Assembly: GCA_036000105.1 (NCBI GenBank)
Contig: DASYGE010000011.1
Span: forward strand, 9,504-73,503
Source of the DNA: Gammaproteobacteria bacterium
GTDB lineage: Bacteria; Pseudomonadota; Gammaproteobacteria; Natronospirales; REEB76
Length of the DNA: 64,000 nt
Direction: 5' to 3'
This document shows positions 39,899 to 51,325 of this stretch, piece after piece. A model generated the notes under the pieces. That model saw only the letters and a program-made list of their open reading frames with translations, was not told the origin of the DNA and ran no database searches. Every line of letters starts with the position of its first letter. Positions within the stretch are counted from its first letter, which is position 1. The position numbers were made by a program, and so were the translations under genes.

Positions 39899-41077
39899 AT
39901 GTTCGAACTAATGGATGAAATGAACCAGAACGCAGTGATCAAGGTAGTAGGCGTGGGCGGCGGCGGCGGCAATGCCATCCAATACATGGTGTCGCGCGGC
40001 GTCGAGGGTGTGGACTTCGTGGCCATCAACACCGACGCACAGGTGCTGCGCAAGGCCAACGCCAAGACCACCCTGCAGATCGGCGGCAGCTTCACCAAGG
40101 GTCTCGGCGCCGGCGCCAACCCGGACGTGGGCAGGCAGGCGGCCCTGGAGGACCGGGACCGCATCGAAGAGGTGCTGAAAGGCAGCGACATGGTGTTCAT
40201 CACTGCCGGCATGGGCGGCGGCACCGGTACCGGCGCCTCGCCGGTGGTGGCACAAGTGGCCAAGGAGATGGATATCCTGGTGGTGGCGGTGGTCACCAAG
40301 CCTTTCGGCTTCGAACGCAACAAGCGCATGACGGCGGCGGAGAAGGGCATCACGGAGCTTTCCCAGTACGTGGACTCGCTCATCGTGATCCCCAACGATA
40401 AGTTGGCGGCGGTGCTGGGGCGTGAGATCACGCTCATCAACGCCTTCCAGTCCGCCAACGAGGTGCTCTTGGGAGCGGTGCAGGGTATCGCCGACATCAT
40501 CACCCGGCCGGGCCTCATCAACGTGGACTTCGCCGACGTGCGCACGGTCATGTCCGAGATGGGCATGGCCATGATGGGTACCGGCACGGCCACTGGCGAG
40601 AACCGGGCGCGTCGCGCGTCGGAGGCGGCCCTGGCTAGCCCTCTGCTGGAAGACGTGAACTTCGCTGGCGCCAAGGGCGTGCTGGTGAACATCACCGCCG
40701 GTATGGACCTGACCATCGGCGAGCTGGAAGAAGTGGGCGCGGCCATCGAGGCCTTTGCCGACGATAACGCCACGGTGGTGGTGGGTACCGTGCTGGATCC
40801 GGCCATGAGCGGCGAGGTCCGGGTCACGGTGGTGGCCACCGGTCTCGGCCGGGCGGTCCAGGCGGTCAAGCCTGCCCCCGCCCCCATCCACAAGCCGGAG
40901 CCGGTGCAGCAGCCTGTGATCCAGGTGGTGAAGGCCACCGGGACCGATGGCAACCTGGACTGGAAGCGGTTGGAGCGCCCAACCTATGAGCGCCGGCAGC
41001 GTTCCGGAGAGGGTCCGAGCACAGACAGCCAGGAGTACCTGGATATCCCGGCATTCCTACGGCGCCAGGCTGATTGA
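39899..41077 (+). CDS. ftsZ: Cell division protein FtsZ
   Basis: 392 aa. It has the tubulin signature 'GGGTGTGA' and a C-terminal conserved peptide 'DIPAFLRRQAD'. Confidence 0.98.
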   Translation: MFELMDEMNQNAVIKVVGVGGGGGNAIQYMVSRGVEGVDFVAINTDAQVLRKANAKTTLQIGGSFTKGLGAGANPDVGRQAALEDRDRIEEVLKGSDMVFITAGMGGGTGTGASPVVAQVAKEMDILVVAVVTKPFGFERNKRMTAAEKGITELSQYVDSLIVIPNDKLAAVLGREITLINAFQSANEVLLGAVQGIADIITRPGLINVDFADVRTVMSEMGMAMMGTGTATGENRARRASEAALASPLLEDVNFAGAKGVLVNITAGMDLTIGELEEVGAAIEAFADDNATVVVGTVLDPAMSGEVRVTVVATGLGRAVQAVKPAPAPIHKPEPVQQPVIQVVKATGTDGNLDWKRLERPTYERRQRSGEGPSTDSQEYLDIPAFLRRQAD

Positions 41078-41232
41078 GGCCGGATTGGGCGGGTCGCAAG
41101 GCGCCCGAACCTTGTTCGGGCGGCGGGGTCTATGCTAACGTACTCGGTCGCCGTGGGTGCGGCGGGAGCCTTATCGGGCCCGTCTGCAAGACCCGCCGGC
41201 TCAACCGTAAGTAGCTGATGGGTCACGATTAA

Positions 41233-42144
41233 ATGCTGAGACAACGGACGCTCAAGAACAGCATCCGGGCCACGGGTGTGGGTCTCCACACTGGTGAGAA
41301 GGTCTATATGACCTTGCGCCCGGCGGCTCCCAATACCGGCATCATCTTCCGTCGTGTCGATCTGGAGCAGCCGGTCGAGGTGCGCGCTTACGCCACCAAC
41401 GTGGGCGACACCATGCTCGGCACGACCATCATGAACGGCGACGTGCGGGTCTCCACCGTGGAACACCTGCTCTCGGCGCTCGCCGGCCTCGGCATCGACA
41501 ACGCCTACGTGGACCTGTCTGCCCCCGAAGTGCCCATCATGGATGGCAGCGCCGGACCCTTCGTGTTCCTGCTGCAGTCCGCCGGCATCGAGGAGCAGAA
41601 CGCGCACAAGCGCTTCATCCGCATCAAGAGCCCGGTGGAAGTGCGCGACGGCGACAAGTGGGCGCGCTTCGAGCCCTTCGACGGCTTCAAGGTCAGTTTC
41701 CAGATCGACTTCGATCACCCCATATTCAAGAAGCATACCCAGACCGCGAGCGTGGATTTCTCCACTACCTCCTTCGTGAAGGAAGTGAGCCGGGCGCGTA
41801 CCTTCGGTTTCATGCGCGACATCGAGATGCTGCGCCAGAAGCACCTGACCCTCGGCGCTTCTCTCGACAACGCCATCGCGCTGGACGATTACCGCATCCT
41901 CAACGAGGACGGCCTGCGCTACGAAGACGAGTTCGTGAAGCACAAGATACTCGATTCCATCGGCGACCTTTACCTGCTGGGCCACAGCCTGATCGGCGCT
42001 TTCAGTGCCTACAAATCCGGCCACGGCCTCAACAACAGCCTGCTGCGGGCGCTCATCGCCCAGCAGGAGACCTGGGAAGAGGTCACGTTCGATGACGCAG
42101 CGACGGCGCCCATCTCCTACCTGGCACCCGCTCACGCACTCTGA
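41233..42144 (+). CDS. lpxC: UDP-3-O-acyl-N-acetylglucosamine deacetylase
   Basis: 303 aa with '[11 protein letters not shown]...GVGLHTG' and '[14 protein letters not shown]'. Confidence 0.97.
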   Translation: MLRQRTLKNSIRATGVGLHTGEKVYMTLRPAAPNTGIIFRRVDLEQPVEVRAYATNVGDTMLGTTIMNGDVRVSTVEHLLSALAGLGIDNAYVDLSAPEVPIMDGSAGPFVFLLQSAGIEEQNAHKRFIRIKSPVEVRDGDKWARFEPFDGFKVSFQIDFDHPIFKKHTQTASVDFSTTSFVKEVSRARTFGFMRDIEMLRQKHLTLGASLDNAIALDDYRILNEDGLRYEDEFVKHKILDSIGDLYLLGHSLIGAFSAYKSGHGLNNSLLRALIAQQETWEEVTFDDAATAPISYLAPAHAL

Positions 42145-42173
42145 ACCTTTCAGGGATATTTAAGGGATAGTTA

Positions 42174-42626
42174 TCAGGTTCGCGGCGGTTTGCCGCGGGC
42201 AAGACGTTTCAGGGCCGCGGCCAAGGCCGCGTCCTCCAGGCTGCCGGCGGTGCTCTCCAGCATCGCCCGTGTGCCTTCTGAAAGGGTCTTCGGTGGAGGC
42301 TTAGGCGGCACGCCCGGGATGGGCTCCGGCAGGACCTTGAACTTCAGGGTCCGGCAGGGCTGATCCAGGACCTGCTGCAAGGCGGCCAGCAAAGCCTGCT
42401 GGCGGTAGTGCAGGAAGGTGCTCCAGGCGCCGCTGTCCAGGTACAGGGTCAGGACACCATCCTTGAGGTCGGCGCCCAGACAATGGGGCGCGACTTCCGC
42501 GGGCAGATGCCCGCTGACGCGCCGGCGCAGGCCCTCCAGACGCTCGGCCTGAGCGGTGAGCGCGGCGAGCTTGGGATCGCGCTCGGAGAGGAACTGGCTT
42601 AAGGATGAAGGTTTTTTACCGGTCAT
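42174..42626 (-). CDS. DUF721-domain protein (possibly DciA-like)
   Basis: 150 aa. The pattern '...DGVLTLYLDSGAWSTFLHYRQQALLAAL...' and the position between lpxC and the M23/secA genes match the Pseudomonas-type locus. The DciA assignment is tentative. Confidence 0.6.
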   Translation of the reverse strand: MTGKKPSSLSQFLSERDPKLAALTAQAERLEGLRRRVSGHLPAEVAPHCLGADLKDGVLTLYLDSGAWSTFLHYRQQALLAALQQVLDQPCRTLKFKVLPEPIPGVPPKPPPKTLSEGTRAMLESTAGSLEDAALAAALKRLARGKPPRT

Positions 42627-42695
42627 GCTCTAAGGGCTATGCTGAATTCGATTAGCCTGCGCGGGCCTTGAGATAACAGAAGCAACGGGGTCGAG

Positions 42696-43649
42696 ATGAA
42701 TCTCATCGTATTTAGCCGCTACGGGCGGTCACGCCACATCAATCTTGCGCACCCTCTTGCCTGGGGCGGGATCACGTTGCTGGCATTGCTGCTCTGCGCC
42801 GCGCTGTTCACCGGCGGATATTACACCGCCAGCTGGCGTGCGGATGCCGCCATCGCCGCTGACCCGGTGCGCAGTGCCCTCAAAGCCCAGAGCGATGAGA
42901 TCGAGCGCGCCAAGCACAAGGCCCAGGCCGACGTGGATGCACTGTCTGCCAAGGTGGCAGAACTACAGGTGCACATCATGCGTCTGGACGCCATGGGCGC
43001 CCAGATCACCAACCTGGCGGGTCTGAAGCACGGCGAGTTCAACTTCAACGCCCCACCTGCCGAGGGCGGACCGGAAGTGAAGGGCGGCCTGCAGCACGCG
43101 AGCATGCCGGATTTCATCACGAACCTCGATCAGCTCTCGGCGGAGGTCAAGGACCGTGAGCAGCAGCTCGGGGTGCTTGAAAACCTGATGTTGAGCCGCA
43201 ATGTACAACTAGCAGCCCAGCCCGCCGGCGCCCCCGTGATCGGCGGCTATGTATCCTCGCTGTTCGGTATGCGTACCGATCCATTCACGGGCGAACTGTC
43301 CATGCACAGCGGCATGGATTTTGCAGGGAGCGAGGGCCAGGCGGTGAACGCCGTGGCGGCGGGTGTCGTCACCTGGGCAGGCGACCGTTCCGGTTACGGC
43401 AACCTGGTGGAGATCGACCACGGCAACGGCTATGCCACCCGTTACGGGCACAACGAGACCATCCTGGTGCATGTGGGTGAAGTGGTGAAGAAGGGTGAGG
43501 TGATCGCCCTCATGGGTTCCACCGGCCGTTCCACCGGACCCCACGTGCATTTTGAAGTCCTTTACAATGGCGTATCGGTGGACCCGGCACGCTTCGTGAA
43601 GGCCGCCGGGGGATCACAGGTGGCCGTGCTGTCCCGGAGCCTGGACTAG
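42696..43649 (+). CDS. M23/LytM-family metallopeptidase with N-terminal TM anchor and coiled coil
   Basis: 317 aa. The LytM motifs are 'HSGMDFAG', 'GNLVEIDHGNG' and 'GPHVHFEV'. Confidence 0.9.
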   Translation: MNLIVFSRYGRSRHINLAHPLAWGGITLLALLLCAALFTGGYYTASWRADAAIAADPVRSALKAQSDEIERAKHKAQADVDALSAKVAELQVHIMRLDAMGAQITNLAGLKHGEFNFNAPPAEGGPEVKGGLQHASMPDFITNLDQLSAEVKDREQQLGVLENLMLSRNVQLAAQPAGAPVIGGYVSSLFGMRTDPFTGELSMHSGMDFAGSEGQAVNAVAAGVVTWAGDRSGYGNLVEIDHGNGYATRYGHNETILVHVGEVVKKGEVIALMGSTGRSTGPHVHFEVLYNGVSVDPARFVKAAGGSQVAVLSRSLD

Positions 43650-43800
43650 TCAACCCGTCCGTCCTGCCGGCGGACGCCGGTACGGCAATCCTCCCAGCAA
43701 CAGCGTGTCCCGGTGCGTCGCCTGCCGCGCCGGCGGACAGGTCATATTCCCGCGGCCCTGACGGGCCCCGGCACAGGCGTGCAACGACCCAAGAGTATTT

Positions 43801-46551
43801 ATGGTAGCGAGCTTGTTCAGGAAGGTATTCGGCAGTCGCAACGAGCGTTTGTTGCGCGGCATGCGCCGCTCGGTGGAGCGCGTCAATGCGCTGGAACCCG
43901 CCATGCAGGCCTTGAGCGATGACGAGCTCAAAGCCAAGACCGAGGAGTTCCGCAAACGACATGCGGCGGGCGAAGAGCTCGACGCTCTCCTGCCGGAAGC
44001 CTTTGCGTGCGTGCGCGAGGCTGCCCGCAGGCACCTGGGCATGCGGCACTTCGATGTGCAGCTCATCGGCGGCATGACCCTGCATCGAGGCAAGATCGCG
44101 GAGATGCGCACCGGCGAGGGCAAGACCCTGGTGGCCACGCTCGCCGCCTACCTGAATGCCATCCCCGGCGAGGGGATACATGTAATCACAGTGAACGATT
44201 ACCTGGCGCAGCGCGACGCCAACTGGATGCGTCCGGTATATGAGGCGCTGGGCATGAGCGTGGGTGTGGTGTTGGCCAACCAGGATCCGGACACCAAGCG
44301 CGCCGCCTACGCCACCGACATCGTCTACGGTACCAACAACGAATTCGGTTTCGATTACCTGCGCGACAACATGGCCTTCCGCCTCGAAGGCAAGGTGCAG
44401 CGCAAGCTGCATTACGCCATCGTCGACGAAGTGGACTCCATCCTGGTCGATGAAGCGCGTACTCCGCTCATCATCTCCGGCGCGGTGGACGATAACACCG
44501 AGCTGTACCGCAAGATAAACGTGCTGATCCCGCGCCTCACCCGCCAACAGGAGGAGGAAGGCCCGGGCGATTACAGCGTGGACGAGAAAGCCAAGCAGGT
44601 CTATCTCACGGAAGACGGGCATCAGCACATCGAGGAGCTGTTGGCGCGCGAGGGCGTACTGACGGAAGGCGCCTCGTTGTATGACGCCGGCAACATCATG
44701 CTCATGCACCATGTGAACGCGGCCCTGCGCGCCCACGCGCTCTACAGGCGCGAAGTGGAATATATCGTCAAGGATAACGAAGTCATCATCGTGGATGAAT
44801 TCACCGGCCGCACCATGCCGGGCCGGCGCTGGTCTGACGGCCTGCATCAGGCCATCGAGGCCAAGGAGAACGTGAAGATCCAGGCCGAGAACCAGACCCT
44901 CGCCTCTATCACCTTCCAGAACTACTTCCGCCTCTACAAGAAGCTGTCCGGCATGACCGGTACCGCGGATACCGAGGCGCAGGAATTCCACGAGATCTAT
45001 GCTCTCGAAGTGGCGGTGATCCCCACTAATAAACCCATGATCCGTGCTGACATGCCGGACCTGGTGTACCTCTCCCAGAAGGAGAAGTTCAAGGCGGTGA
45101 TCGTCGACATCCAGGACTGCGCGAAGCGCGGCCAGCCGGTGCTGGTGGGCACCGCCTCCATCGAGGCCTCGGAGCATCTCTCGGAGTTGCTCAAGAAACA
45201 GAACATCAAGCATCAGGTGCTGAACGCCAAGCAGCATGCCCTGGAGGCGCAGATCATCACCCAGGCGGGCCGCCCCGGCACCGTGACCATCGCCACCAAC
45301 ATGGCCGGCCGCGGCACCGATATCGTGCTCGGCGGCAGCCTGGAAGCGGAACTCGCGACCCTGCCAGCGGATGCCGATGCCGCTGATCGCGCGCGCATCA
45401 AGGCGGCCTGGCAGACGCGCCACGATGAAGTGTTGAAGTCTGGCGGCCTACACATCATCGGCAGCGAACGCCACGAGTCCCGCCGCATCGACAACCAGCT
45501 GCGCGGCCGCTCCGGCCGCCAGGGCGACTCCGGTTCCAGCCGCTTCTACCTGTCGCTGGACGATAACCTGATGCGCATCTTCGCCGGCGACCGGGTGAAG
45601 GCCATCATGCAGCGCTTCGGCGTGCAGGATACCGAGGCCATCGAACACCCCTGGGTGACCAAGGCGGTCGAGAACGCCCAGCGCAAGGTCGAAGCCCACA
45701 ACTTCGACATCCGCAAGTCGCTGCTCGAATACGATGATGTGGCCAACGACCAGCGCAAGGTCATCTACGAGCAGCGCAACGAACTGCTGCGCGCCGCGGA
45801 CGTGTCCGAGACGGTGCGCGCGGTGATGGCCGATGTGGTCAACGGCGTGATCGACAGCTACATCCCACCCCAGAGTGTGGAAGAACAATGGAACATCCCG
45901 GGTCTGATGGAAGCTCTGGAACGGGAATTCGGCCTCAAGCTCGACATCCAGGGCTGGCTCGAGCAGGACGCGGATCTGCATGAAGAGCCGTTGCGGCAGA
46001 AGATTCAGGGCGCCTTCCTGGATGCCTACCATGCCAAGGAACAGCAGGCCGGCGTGGAGGTGATCCGTCACTTCGAGAAGACCCTGATGCTCCAGGTACT
46101 GGACAACCTGTGGCGCGAACACCTCTCCAACATGGATTACCTGCGACAGGGCATACACCTGCGTGGCTATGCACAGGTGGATCCGCGCCGTGAATACAAG
46201 CGCGATGCCTTCGAGATGTTCGCGAGTATGCTGGACCGGCTGAAGTACGAGGTGGCGACCGTGCTCGCCAAGGTCCAGGTACGCACCGAGCAGGACGTGG
46301 CGGCCATGGAAGAGCAGCGCCGTCGCGCCCGTGCCATGCAGTTCCAGCACGCAGAGGCGCCCAGCGCCACCGCGGAGGTCCCCGTGGAACGCCAGCAGGC
46401 GCCGACAGCCCAGGGTGCGAGACCGGGTGATCCCGCCGCCGGTCAGCCGGTGGCGCCCTTCGTGCGCGAGACCGCCAAGGTGGGACGCAACGAACCCTGT
46501 CCCTGCGGTTCCGGACTCAAGTACAAGCAGTGCCACGGCCGCCTCGTCTGA
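43801..46551 (+). CDS. secA: Preprotein translocase ATPase SecA
   Basis: 916 aa. It has the DEAD-motor Walker A 'MRTGEGKT', '[18 protein letters not shown]' and a C-terminal zinc finger '[14 protein letters not shown]'. Confidence 0.98.
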   Translation: MVASLFRKVFGSRNERLLRGMRRSVERVNALEPAMQALSDDELKAKTEEFRKRHAAGEELDALLPEAFACVREAARRHLGMRHFDVQLIGGMTLHRGKIAEMRTGEGKTLVATLAAYLNAIPGEGIHVITVNDYLAQRDANWMRPVYEALGMSVGVVLANQDPDTKRAAYATDIVYGTNNEFGFDYLRDNMAFRLEGKVQRKLHYAIVDEVDSILVDEARTPLIISGAVDDNTELYRKINVLIPRLTRQQEEEGPGDYSVDEKAKQVYLTEDGHQHIEELLAREGVLTEGASLYDAGNIMLMHHVNAALRAHALYRREVEYIVKDNEVIIVDEFTGRTMPGRRWSDGLHQAIEAKENVKIQAENQTLASITFQNYFRLYKKLSGMTGTADTEAQEFHEIYALEVAVIPTNKPMIRADMPDLVYLSQKEKFKAVIVDIQDCAKRGQPVLVGTASIEASEHLSELLKKQNIKHQVLNAKQHALEAQIITQAGRPGTVTIATNMAGRGTDIVLGGSLEAELATLPADADAADRARIKAAWQTRHDEVLKSGGLHIIGSERHESRRIDNQLRGRSGRQGDSGSSRFYLSLDDNLMRIFAGDRVKAIMQRFGVQDTEAIEHPWVTKAVENAQRKVEAHNFDIRKSLLEYDDVANDQRKVIYEQRNELLRAADVSETVRAVMADVVNGVIDSYIPPQSVEEQWNIPGLMEALEREFGLKLDIQGWLEQDADLHEEPLRQKIQGAFLDAYHAKEQQAGVEVIRHFEKTLMLQVLDNLWREHLSNMDYLRQGIHLRGYAQVDPRREYKRDAFEMFASMLDRLKYEVATVLAKVQVRTEQDVAAMEEQRRRARAMQFQHAEAPSATAEVPVERQQAPTAQGARPGDPAAGQPVAPFVRETAKVGRNEPCPCGSGLKYKQCHGRLV

Positions 46552-46560
46552 GACGCTGCC

Positions 46561-47538
46561 ATGGGCGCGGCCGGACAATCGCTCCCTGAGATACATGTAG
46601 TGGCCGCAGTGCTGCGTGACCAGCGCGGAGTGCTGATCGCGGAGCGTCCTCCCGGCAAGCCGATGGTGGGCTACTGGGAGTTTCCCGGCGGCAAGCTGGA
46701 GGCGGGTGAACCCGAGAGACAGGCCTTGCAGCGTGAACTCAAGGAAGAGCTGGGCATCGAGGTGCGCCATGCCTACCGTCTGCTGCGTTTATCCCATGAC
46801 TATCCCGAACGCCGCGTCCATCTGGATGTCTGGCGCGTCACCCAGTACTTAGGTGCGCCTGCCGCTCACGAGGGTCAGCAACTCGCCTGGGTGGCACCGG
46901 AAGAACTGAAGGATTGGAACCTGCTGCCGGCCGATGAACCCATCGTGGCGGCACTCAAGTTGCCGCCGCTCATGCTGGTGACGCCGGATCCTGATGTTGA
47001 GACCGGTTTCCTGGAAGGTCTGCAGCGCTCCCTGCGCGCGGGCGTGGACCTGGTGCAATTACGTGCGCCTGGCATGGAACCCGAACGCTTCGATGGGCTG
47101 GCGCTGGCGGTGATGGGCATGTGCCGTGAGTATGGCGCCCGCGTGATGCTGAACACTTCGGTGGATATGGCGCTCAAGCTGCGGGCAAGTGGACTGCACC
47201 TCAGTCAAAGGCAATTGCGCAGTGTGAAGCCGGAGGATCTGGACGGGAGCCTGCTGACCGGGGTGTCCTGCCATTCCGCTGAAGAGATACATAAGGCGCT
47301 GGACTACGCCCCGGATTATCTCTGCCTCGGTCCGGTGCAGGCGAGCGCCAGTCATCCGGGAGCGGAACCCCTCGGTTGGGAACGCTACGCTGAACTTGCC
47401 GCCTTAAGCCCGGTGCCGGTGTACGCCATCGGCGGACTTAAGCCTGGGGATCTTGCGGAGGCACGTCTGCGGGGCGGCCATGGCATCGCCGCTATCCGGG
47501 GTCTCTGGAATCTATCTCAGTTGCCGGAAGGTTCCTGA
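46561..47538 (+). CDS. mutT: Nudix hydrolase (MutT-type) fused to a thiamine-phosphate-synthase/TenI-like domain
   Basis: 325 aa. The N-terminal Nudix box is '[23 protein letters not shown]'. The C-terminal half is a TIM-barrel TMP-TENI-like region ('LVQLR...', 'GVSCHS', 'YAIGGL'). Pseudomonas has the same fusion next to secA. Confidence 0.85.
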   Translation: MGAAGQSLPEIHVVAAVLRDQRGVLIAERPPGKPMVGYWEFPGGKLEAGEPERQALQRELKEELGIEVRHAYRLLRLSHDYPERRVHLDVWRVTQYLGAPAAHEGQQLAWVAPEELKDWNLLPADEPIVAALKLPPLMLVTPDPDVETGFLEGLQRSLRAGVDLVQLRAPGMEPERFDGLALAVMGMCREYGARVMLNTSVDMALKLRASGLHLSQRQLRSVKPEDLDGSLLTGVSCHSAEEIHKALDYAPDYLCLGPVQASASHPGAEPLGWERYAELAALSPVPVYAIGGLKPGDLAEARLRGGHGIAAIRGLWNLSQLPEGS

Positions 47539-47705
47539 TCGGAAGGGGATCCATCTTCGGCAGGCAGAGCGTTATGTTCCATGAGCCAGTCGCCCAGGTC
47601 TATGAGCCGGCAGCGATCGCTGCAGAAAGGCTTCCACTTCGAGTCTGGAGTCCACGGCACTGATTTGCCGCAGTGGGGGCAGGGCACCGTCTCGATCTCA
47701 GCCAT
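47517..47705 (-). CDS. yacG: DNA gyrase inhibitor YacG (zinc ribbon)
   Basis: 62 aa with 'CPHCGK...[15 protein letters not shown]'. It overlaps the mutT-fusion 3' end convergently by 22 nt. Confidence 0.92.
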   Translation of the reverse strand: MAEIETVPCPHCGKSVPWTPDSKWKPFCSDRCRLIDLGDWLMEHNALPAEDGSPSDQEPSGN

Positions 47706-47707
47706 GG

Positions 47708-48514
47708 CTACAGTTGGCAGCAGACCAGTTTAAAACCGATGTCGCGCTTGGTCTGTTGCGGACGCGCATTGGCTTCATGACGTTCCAGGAAGCGGATGGT
47801 CATGCGATGCCGTCCGGCGCTGATCTCCGGGAATACAGCGCTCGTCACCGGCACCATGACGCGCACCATGGGCGACAGGGCGTGGCTGTCGAAGTTGCGC
47901 TGGAACACGCCCTGTTCCGCCACCTCGCGGGTGGGCAGGGCGCTCTCCCGGGTCAAGGCCATGAGCAGGGCGATGGTGTCCTTCAGGGGCCGCAGTTCCG
48001 CGAGCCAGCCTTGCAGGTCGCGGGCACGTCGCGCATAGGGATGAGTGAGCCAGGCGTGATACAGGGGAAGGTCGAACTGGCAGGTACCACCCGGTATGGC
48101 CAGGCGGTTCTTGATGGAATTCAGGAACTCGCTCTCCTTGAGCAAGGCACCCAATGGGCGGCCGTCGCCGTCCATCTCATGGCGCAGACGCTCCAAGTCC
48201 GCGAGTACGGTCTGCAGACGCGCGTTGTCCACCTCGGGGCTGCCCTTCAAGCGCTGCAGCAGGATGCCGCAACGTTCCAGTTCTTTCAGCACTTCCGTGC
48301 GCACGTCACCGCGGGTGAGGAGGGATGCGATCTCGAGGATGGCGCTGACGGCTGCGCGGCTATCCCAGATGGAGGAGAGGGCCGCGTGATGGCCGCATTG
48401 TTCCAGCAGGAACTCAAGGCGCAGGAAGATGCGCACCCGTTCGTTCAACGGTTGCTCATAGATGAGCCATTCGGCCGACGGTTGTTCTTCGGCGCGTTGT
48501 TCCACATTCAGCAT
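47708..48514 (-). CDS. zapD: Cell division protein ZapD
   Basis: 268 aa. The N-terminus '[21 protein letters not shown]' matches the ZapD/YacF signature, and the gene sits between coaE and yacG. Confidence 0.9.
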   Translation of the reverse strand: MLNVEQRAEEQPSAEWLIYEQPLNERVRIFLRLEFLLEQCGHHAALSSIWDSRAAVSAILEIASLLTRGDVRTEVLKELERCGILLQRLKGSPEVDNARLQTVLADLERLRHEMDGDGRPLGALLKESEFLNSIKNRLAIPGGTCQFDLPLYHAWLTHPYARRARDLQGWLAELRPLKDTIALLMALTRESALPTREVAEQGVFQRNFDSHALSPMVRVMVPVTSAVFPEISAGRHRMTIRFLERHEANARPQQTKRDIGFKLVCCQL

Positions 48515-48527
48515 CGGAACGTCCGCT

Positions 48528-49160
48528 TCATGGCAATCTCAAACCCGGGCGGCGTGGAGCGCCCGACGCAGCCAGTTCTAGGTAAAACCCGTGCAAACGG
48601 GCGACATATTCCCGCAATAAACCAACATCACCTTCGTTCAACAGAATATCATCCGCGGCCCTAAGGCGCTCGGCGCGGGTCGCCTGGGAGGCCAGGATGG
48701 ATCGGGCGGCGGCTTCACTGATGCCATCTCGTGACATAAGTCGGGTTACCTGCAGAGCTTCGGAGCAGTCCACCAAGAGCACCCGATCTACCAGCACTCG
48801 GACCGCAGGCACCTCCGTCAGAAGCGGGATGGCCGCTAGGGCATAGGGGCCGTGGGAAGCTTCCAGACGCTCCTTGAGGTGCTTGAGGATCAGGGGGTGC
48901 AGCAGGCGCTCGACCCGCAGACGCAGCTCCGGGTCGGCGAAGAGGCGCTCCCTGAGGCGCGCCCGATGGAGACCGCCGTCTGGACCCAGGATGCCTTGGC
49001 CCAGAGCCTGCACCAGACCTGGGAGGCCTGCGCCCCCGGGGGTGGTGAGTTCCCGGCTTAAGGCGTCTGCATCCACCACTGGCACACCGAGGGCCGCAAA
49101 CTCCCTTTCCACCTGGGATTTGCCGCTGGCGATGCCGCCGGTCAGACCCACTTTAAGCAT
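48528..49160 (-). CDS. coaE: Dephospho-CoA kinase
   Basis: About 210 aa from the ATG at 49160 ('MLKVGLTGGIASGKS' P-loop). The ORF track extends to 49232. Confidence 0.93.
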   Translation of the reverse strand: MLKVGLTGGIASGKSQVEREFAALGVPVVDADALSRELTTPGGAGLPGLVQALGQGILGPDGGLHRARLRERLFADPELRLRVERLLHPLILKHLKERLEASHGPYALAAIPLLTEVPAVRVLVDRVLLVDCSEALQVTRLMSRDGISEAAARSILASQATRAERLRAADDILLNEGDVGLLREYVARLHGFYLELAASGAPRRPGLRLP

Positions 49161-49165
49161 GCGGC

Positions 49166-50035
49166 TCAATGCACGCCGGTGAAGCCCAGGTAGGCGTCCG
49201 TGAGGGGCGTGCCCCAGTAGAGGACGAGCCAACCGGCTGCTGCCAGGAAAGGGCCGAAAGGCATGGGCGCTCCCCGTTTGAGGAGCTTACTGCCCAGTAA
49301 CAGGAGGCCCACCACAGCGCCCACTCCCGCCGCCATGATGATCACTACCGGCAGGCGCTGCCAGCCGAACCAGGCACCCAAGAGCGCCAGGAGCTTGAAA
49401 TCACCGTACCCCATGCCTTCCTTGCCGGTGGCGAGACGGAACAGGTGATAGACAGCCCAGAGCGTGAGGTAGCCGGCGGCGGCGCCGATCACGGCAGAGT
49501 CTATGTCGGTGAACACATGGCCCAGGTTGAACAGCAACCCAAGCCACAGGAGGGGCAGGATCAGCCTGTCGGGCAAGAGCTGTGTCTCCAGATCGATGCC
49601 GCTGAGAGCGAGCAGGCCCCAGGTAAGGATGAGTGCCCCTAACGCCTGCCAGCCGAAACCGAAGTGCCAGGCGGCCCAAGCGGAAAGCAATCCGCAAACG
49701 GCCTCCACCACCACGTAGCGCGGCGAGATCCGAGCATGGCAGGCGCTGCAGCGCCCGCGCAGGGCGGCATAACTCAGGAGCGGGATGTTCTCGAGGGCGG
49801 TGATGGCGTGACCGCAATGTGGGCAGCGGGAGCGGGGCACCGCCAGATTGAATTTCTCAACCGATGGCGGCGTTTCGGCGCCAGCACGTGCGTACTCCGC
49901 CTTCCACTCCTGCTCCAGCATGATGGGCAGGCGGTGGATGACTACGTTGAGGAAGCTGCCGATCAGCAAGCCCAGCACGAGGCAAGTGATCGTGAACGCG
50001 AGCGGATTGTTCTCCAGCAAGAGCGTGATGGTCAT
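49166..50035 (-). CDS. pilD: Prepilin peptidase / N-methyltransferase PilD (A24 family)
   Basis: About 289 aa from the ATG at 50035. It has an N-terminal Cys cluster 'CPHCGH...CSAC' and catalytic Asp motifs 'GMGYGDFKL' and 'PFGPFL'. The ORF track extends to 50140. Confidence 0.93.
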   Translation of the reverse strand: MTITLLLENNPLAFTITCLVLGLLIGSFLNVVIHRLPIMLEQEWKAEYARAGAETPPSVEKFNLAVPRSRCPHCGHAITALENIPLLSYAALRGRCSACHARISPRYVVVEAVCGLLSAWAAWHFGFGWQALGALILTWGLLALSGIDLETQLLPDRLILPLLWLGLLFNLGHVFTDIDSAVIGAAAGYLTLWAVYHLFRLATGKEGMGYGDFKLLALLGAWFGWQRLPVVIIMAAGVGAVVGLLLLGSKLLKRGAPMPFGPFLAAAGWLVLYWGTPLTDAYLGFTGVH

Positions 50036-50093
50036 CCGGTGTCCTTGGAGAAAATCCCGCGGCCTGGGCTGCGGGTGTCCGAGCCCGGCGGTG

Positions 50094-51305
50094 TCAGACC
50101 ACAGAACCGAGCTTGAAGATGGGTAGATACATGGCGACAACCAGGCCGCCCACCAGCACGCCCAGGATCGCCATGATGAGTGGCTCCATGAGGCTCGTAA
50201 GGTTGTCCACCGCGTTATCCACTTCTTCCTCGTAGAAGTCCGCCACCTTGGCCGACATGGCGTCGATGGAGCCCGCTTCTTCGCCGATGGCGATCATCTG
50301 GATCATGACATGGGGGAAGAGCCCGGTCTGGCTCATGACTATGTTCAGCTGCTGGCCGGTGGACACCTGATCACGGATCTTGATGGTGGCCTGTTCATAG
50401 ATGATGTTGCCGGTGGCGCCCGACACGGAAGTGAGCGCATCCACCAGGTTCACGCCGGCTGCGAACATGGTGGACAAGGTACGGGCGAAGCGCGCCAGGG
50501 CGGACTTCGTCAGGATATCGCCGATGATGGGCAGCTTGAGGGATATCCGGTCCAGGTTCTCACGGAACTTACGGGAGCGCTTCTTGAAATACATGAAAGT
50601 GGCGAACGCAGCGCCGATGACCATCAGGTAGATGTAACCCTGGCTGCGAACCGAGCGGGACAGGTTCACCACGAACTGGGTGAAGGCCGGCAGGTCCGCG
50701 CCGAAACCCTTGAACAGCTCCTCGAACTGCGGGATCACGAACACCAGCAGGATGCCGGTGACGATGAAGGCCACTACCAGCACGGCGATGGGGTAGGAGA
50801 GCGCTTTCTTGATCTTCTTCTTGATGCGCTCGGTCTTTTCCTTATAGGTAGCGACCTTGTCCAGCAGGGTCTCGAGGGCGCCCGCCTGCTCGCCGGCCCG
50901 CACCAGACTCACGAACAGGTCGTCGAAATAGAGAGGCTGTTTGGCGAGAGCGTCGGCCAGGTTATTACCGGCTTCCACGTCGGCCTTGATGCCCATCACC
51001 AGGTCCTGCATCCTGGGGTTCACATGGCCCTTGCCGATGATGTCCATGGATTGCACCAGCGGCACGCCGGAACTCATCATGGTGGCCATCTGGCGGCTGA
51101 AGAACGCGATGTCAGAAGTCACGATCGCTTTACCGGCTTTGCGGCGTGCCTTGCTGATCTTGAGGGGCGCGATGCCCTGACGGCGCAGATCTGCCTTGAC
51201 CGCAGCCTCATTGATGGCAATGGTCTTGCCCTTTATCCGGTTGCCCTTCTTATCGGTGCCTTCCCAGACGAAATTTATTGTCTTTACTGCAGCTGCTTCA
51301 GCCAT
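50094..51305 (-). CDS. pilC: Type IV pilus platform protein PilC (GspF family)
   Basis: 403 aa with a duplicated GspF domain and three TM segments. It sits between pilB and pilD. Confidence 0.94.
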   Translation of the reverse strand: MAEAAAVKTINFVWEGTDKKGNRIKGKTIAINEAAVKADLRRQGIAPLKISKARRKAGKAIVTSDIAFFSRQMATMMSSGVPLVQSMDIIGKGHVNPRMQDLVMGIKADVEAGNNLADALAKQPLYFDDLFVSLVRAGEQAGALETLLDKVATYKEKTERIKKKIKKALSYPIAVLVVAFIVTGILLVFVIPQFEELFKGFGADLPAFTQFVVNLSRSVRSQGYIYLMVIGAAFATFMYFKKRSRKFRENLDRISLKLPIIGDILTKSALARFARTLSTMFAAGVNLVDALTSVSGATGNIIYEQATIKIRDQVSTGQQLNIVMSQTGLFPHVMIQMIAIGEEAGSIDAMSAKVADFYEEEVDNAVDNLTSLMEPLIMAILGVLVGGLVVAMYLPIFKLGSVV

Positions 51306-51325
51306 GGCGGTATTTCGTTGTCCCG

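Noticed and set aside
43667-43739. The 10-mer GCCGGCGGAC repeated 63 nt apart (43667-43676 and 43730-43739) in the secA leader, considered as a possible regulatory repeat or secM-like leader.
   Set aside because: It is short and made of very common GC-rich words for this genome. There is no leader-peptide ORF with an arrest motif, so it is plausibly chance.
43510-45423. A 637-aa ORF antisense to secA. Similar long antisense ORFs occur at 3294-4670, 11349-12662, 14588-15559, 32805-34013, 36179-37495, 38438-39610, 39877-40953, 40984-42135 and 45448-46770.
   Set aside because: Each lies fully inside a confidently identified conserved gene on the other strand. The translations are Arg/Ala/Gly/His-rich low-complexity sequence with no recognisable motifs. 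This is typical stop-codon-poor shadow ORF behaviour in DNA of about 70% GC.
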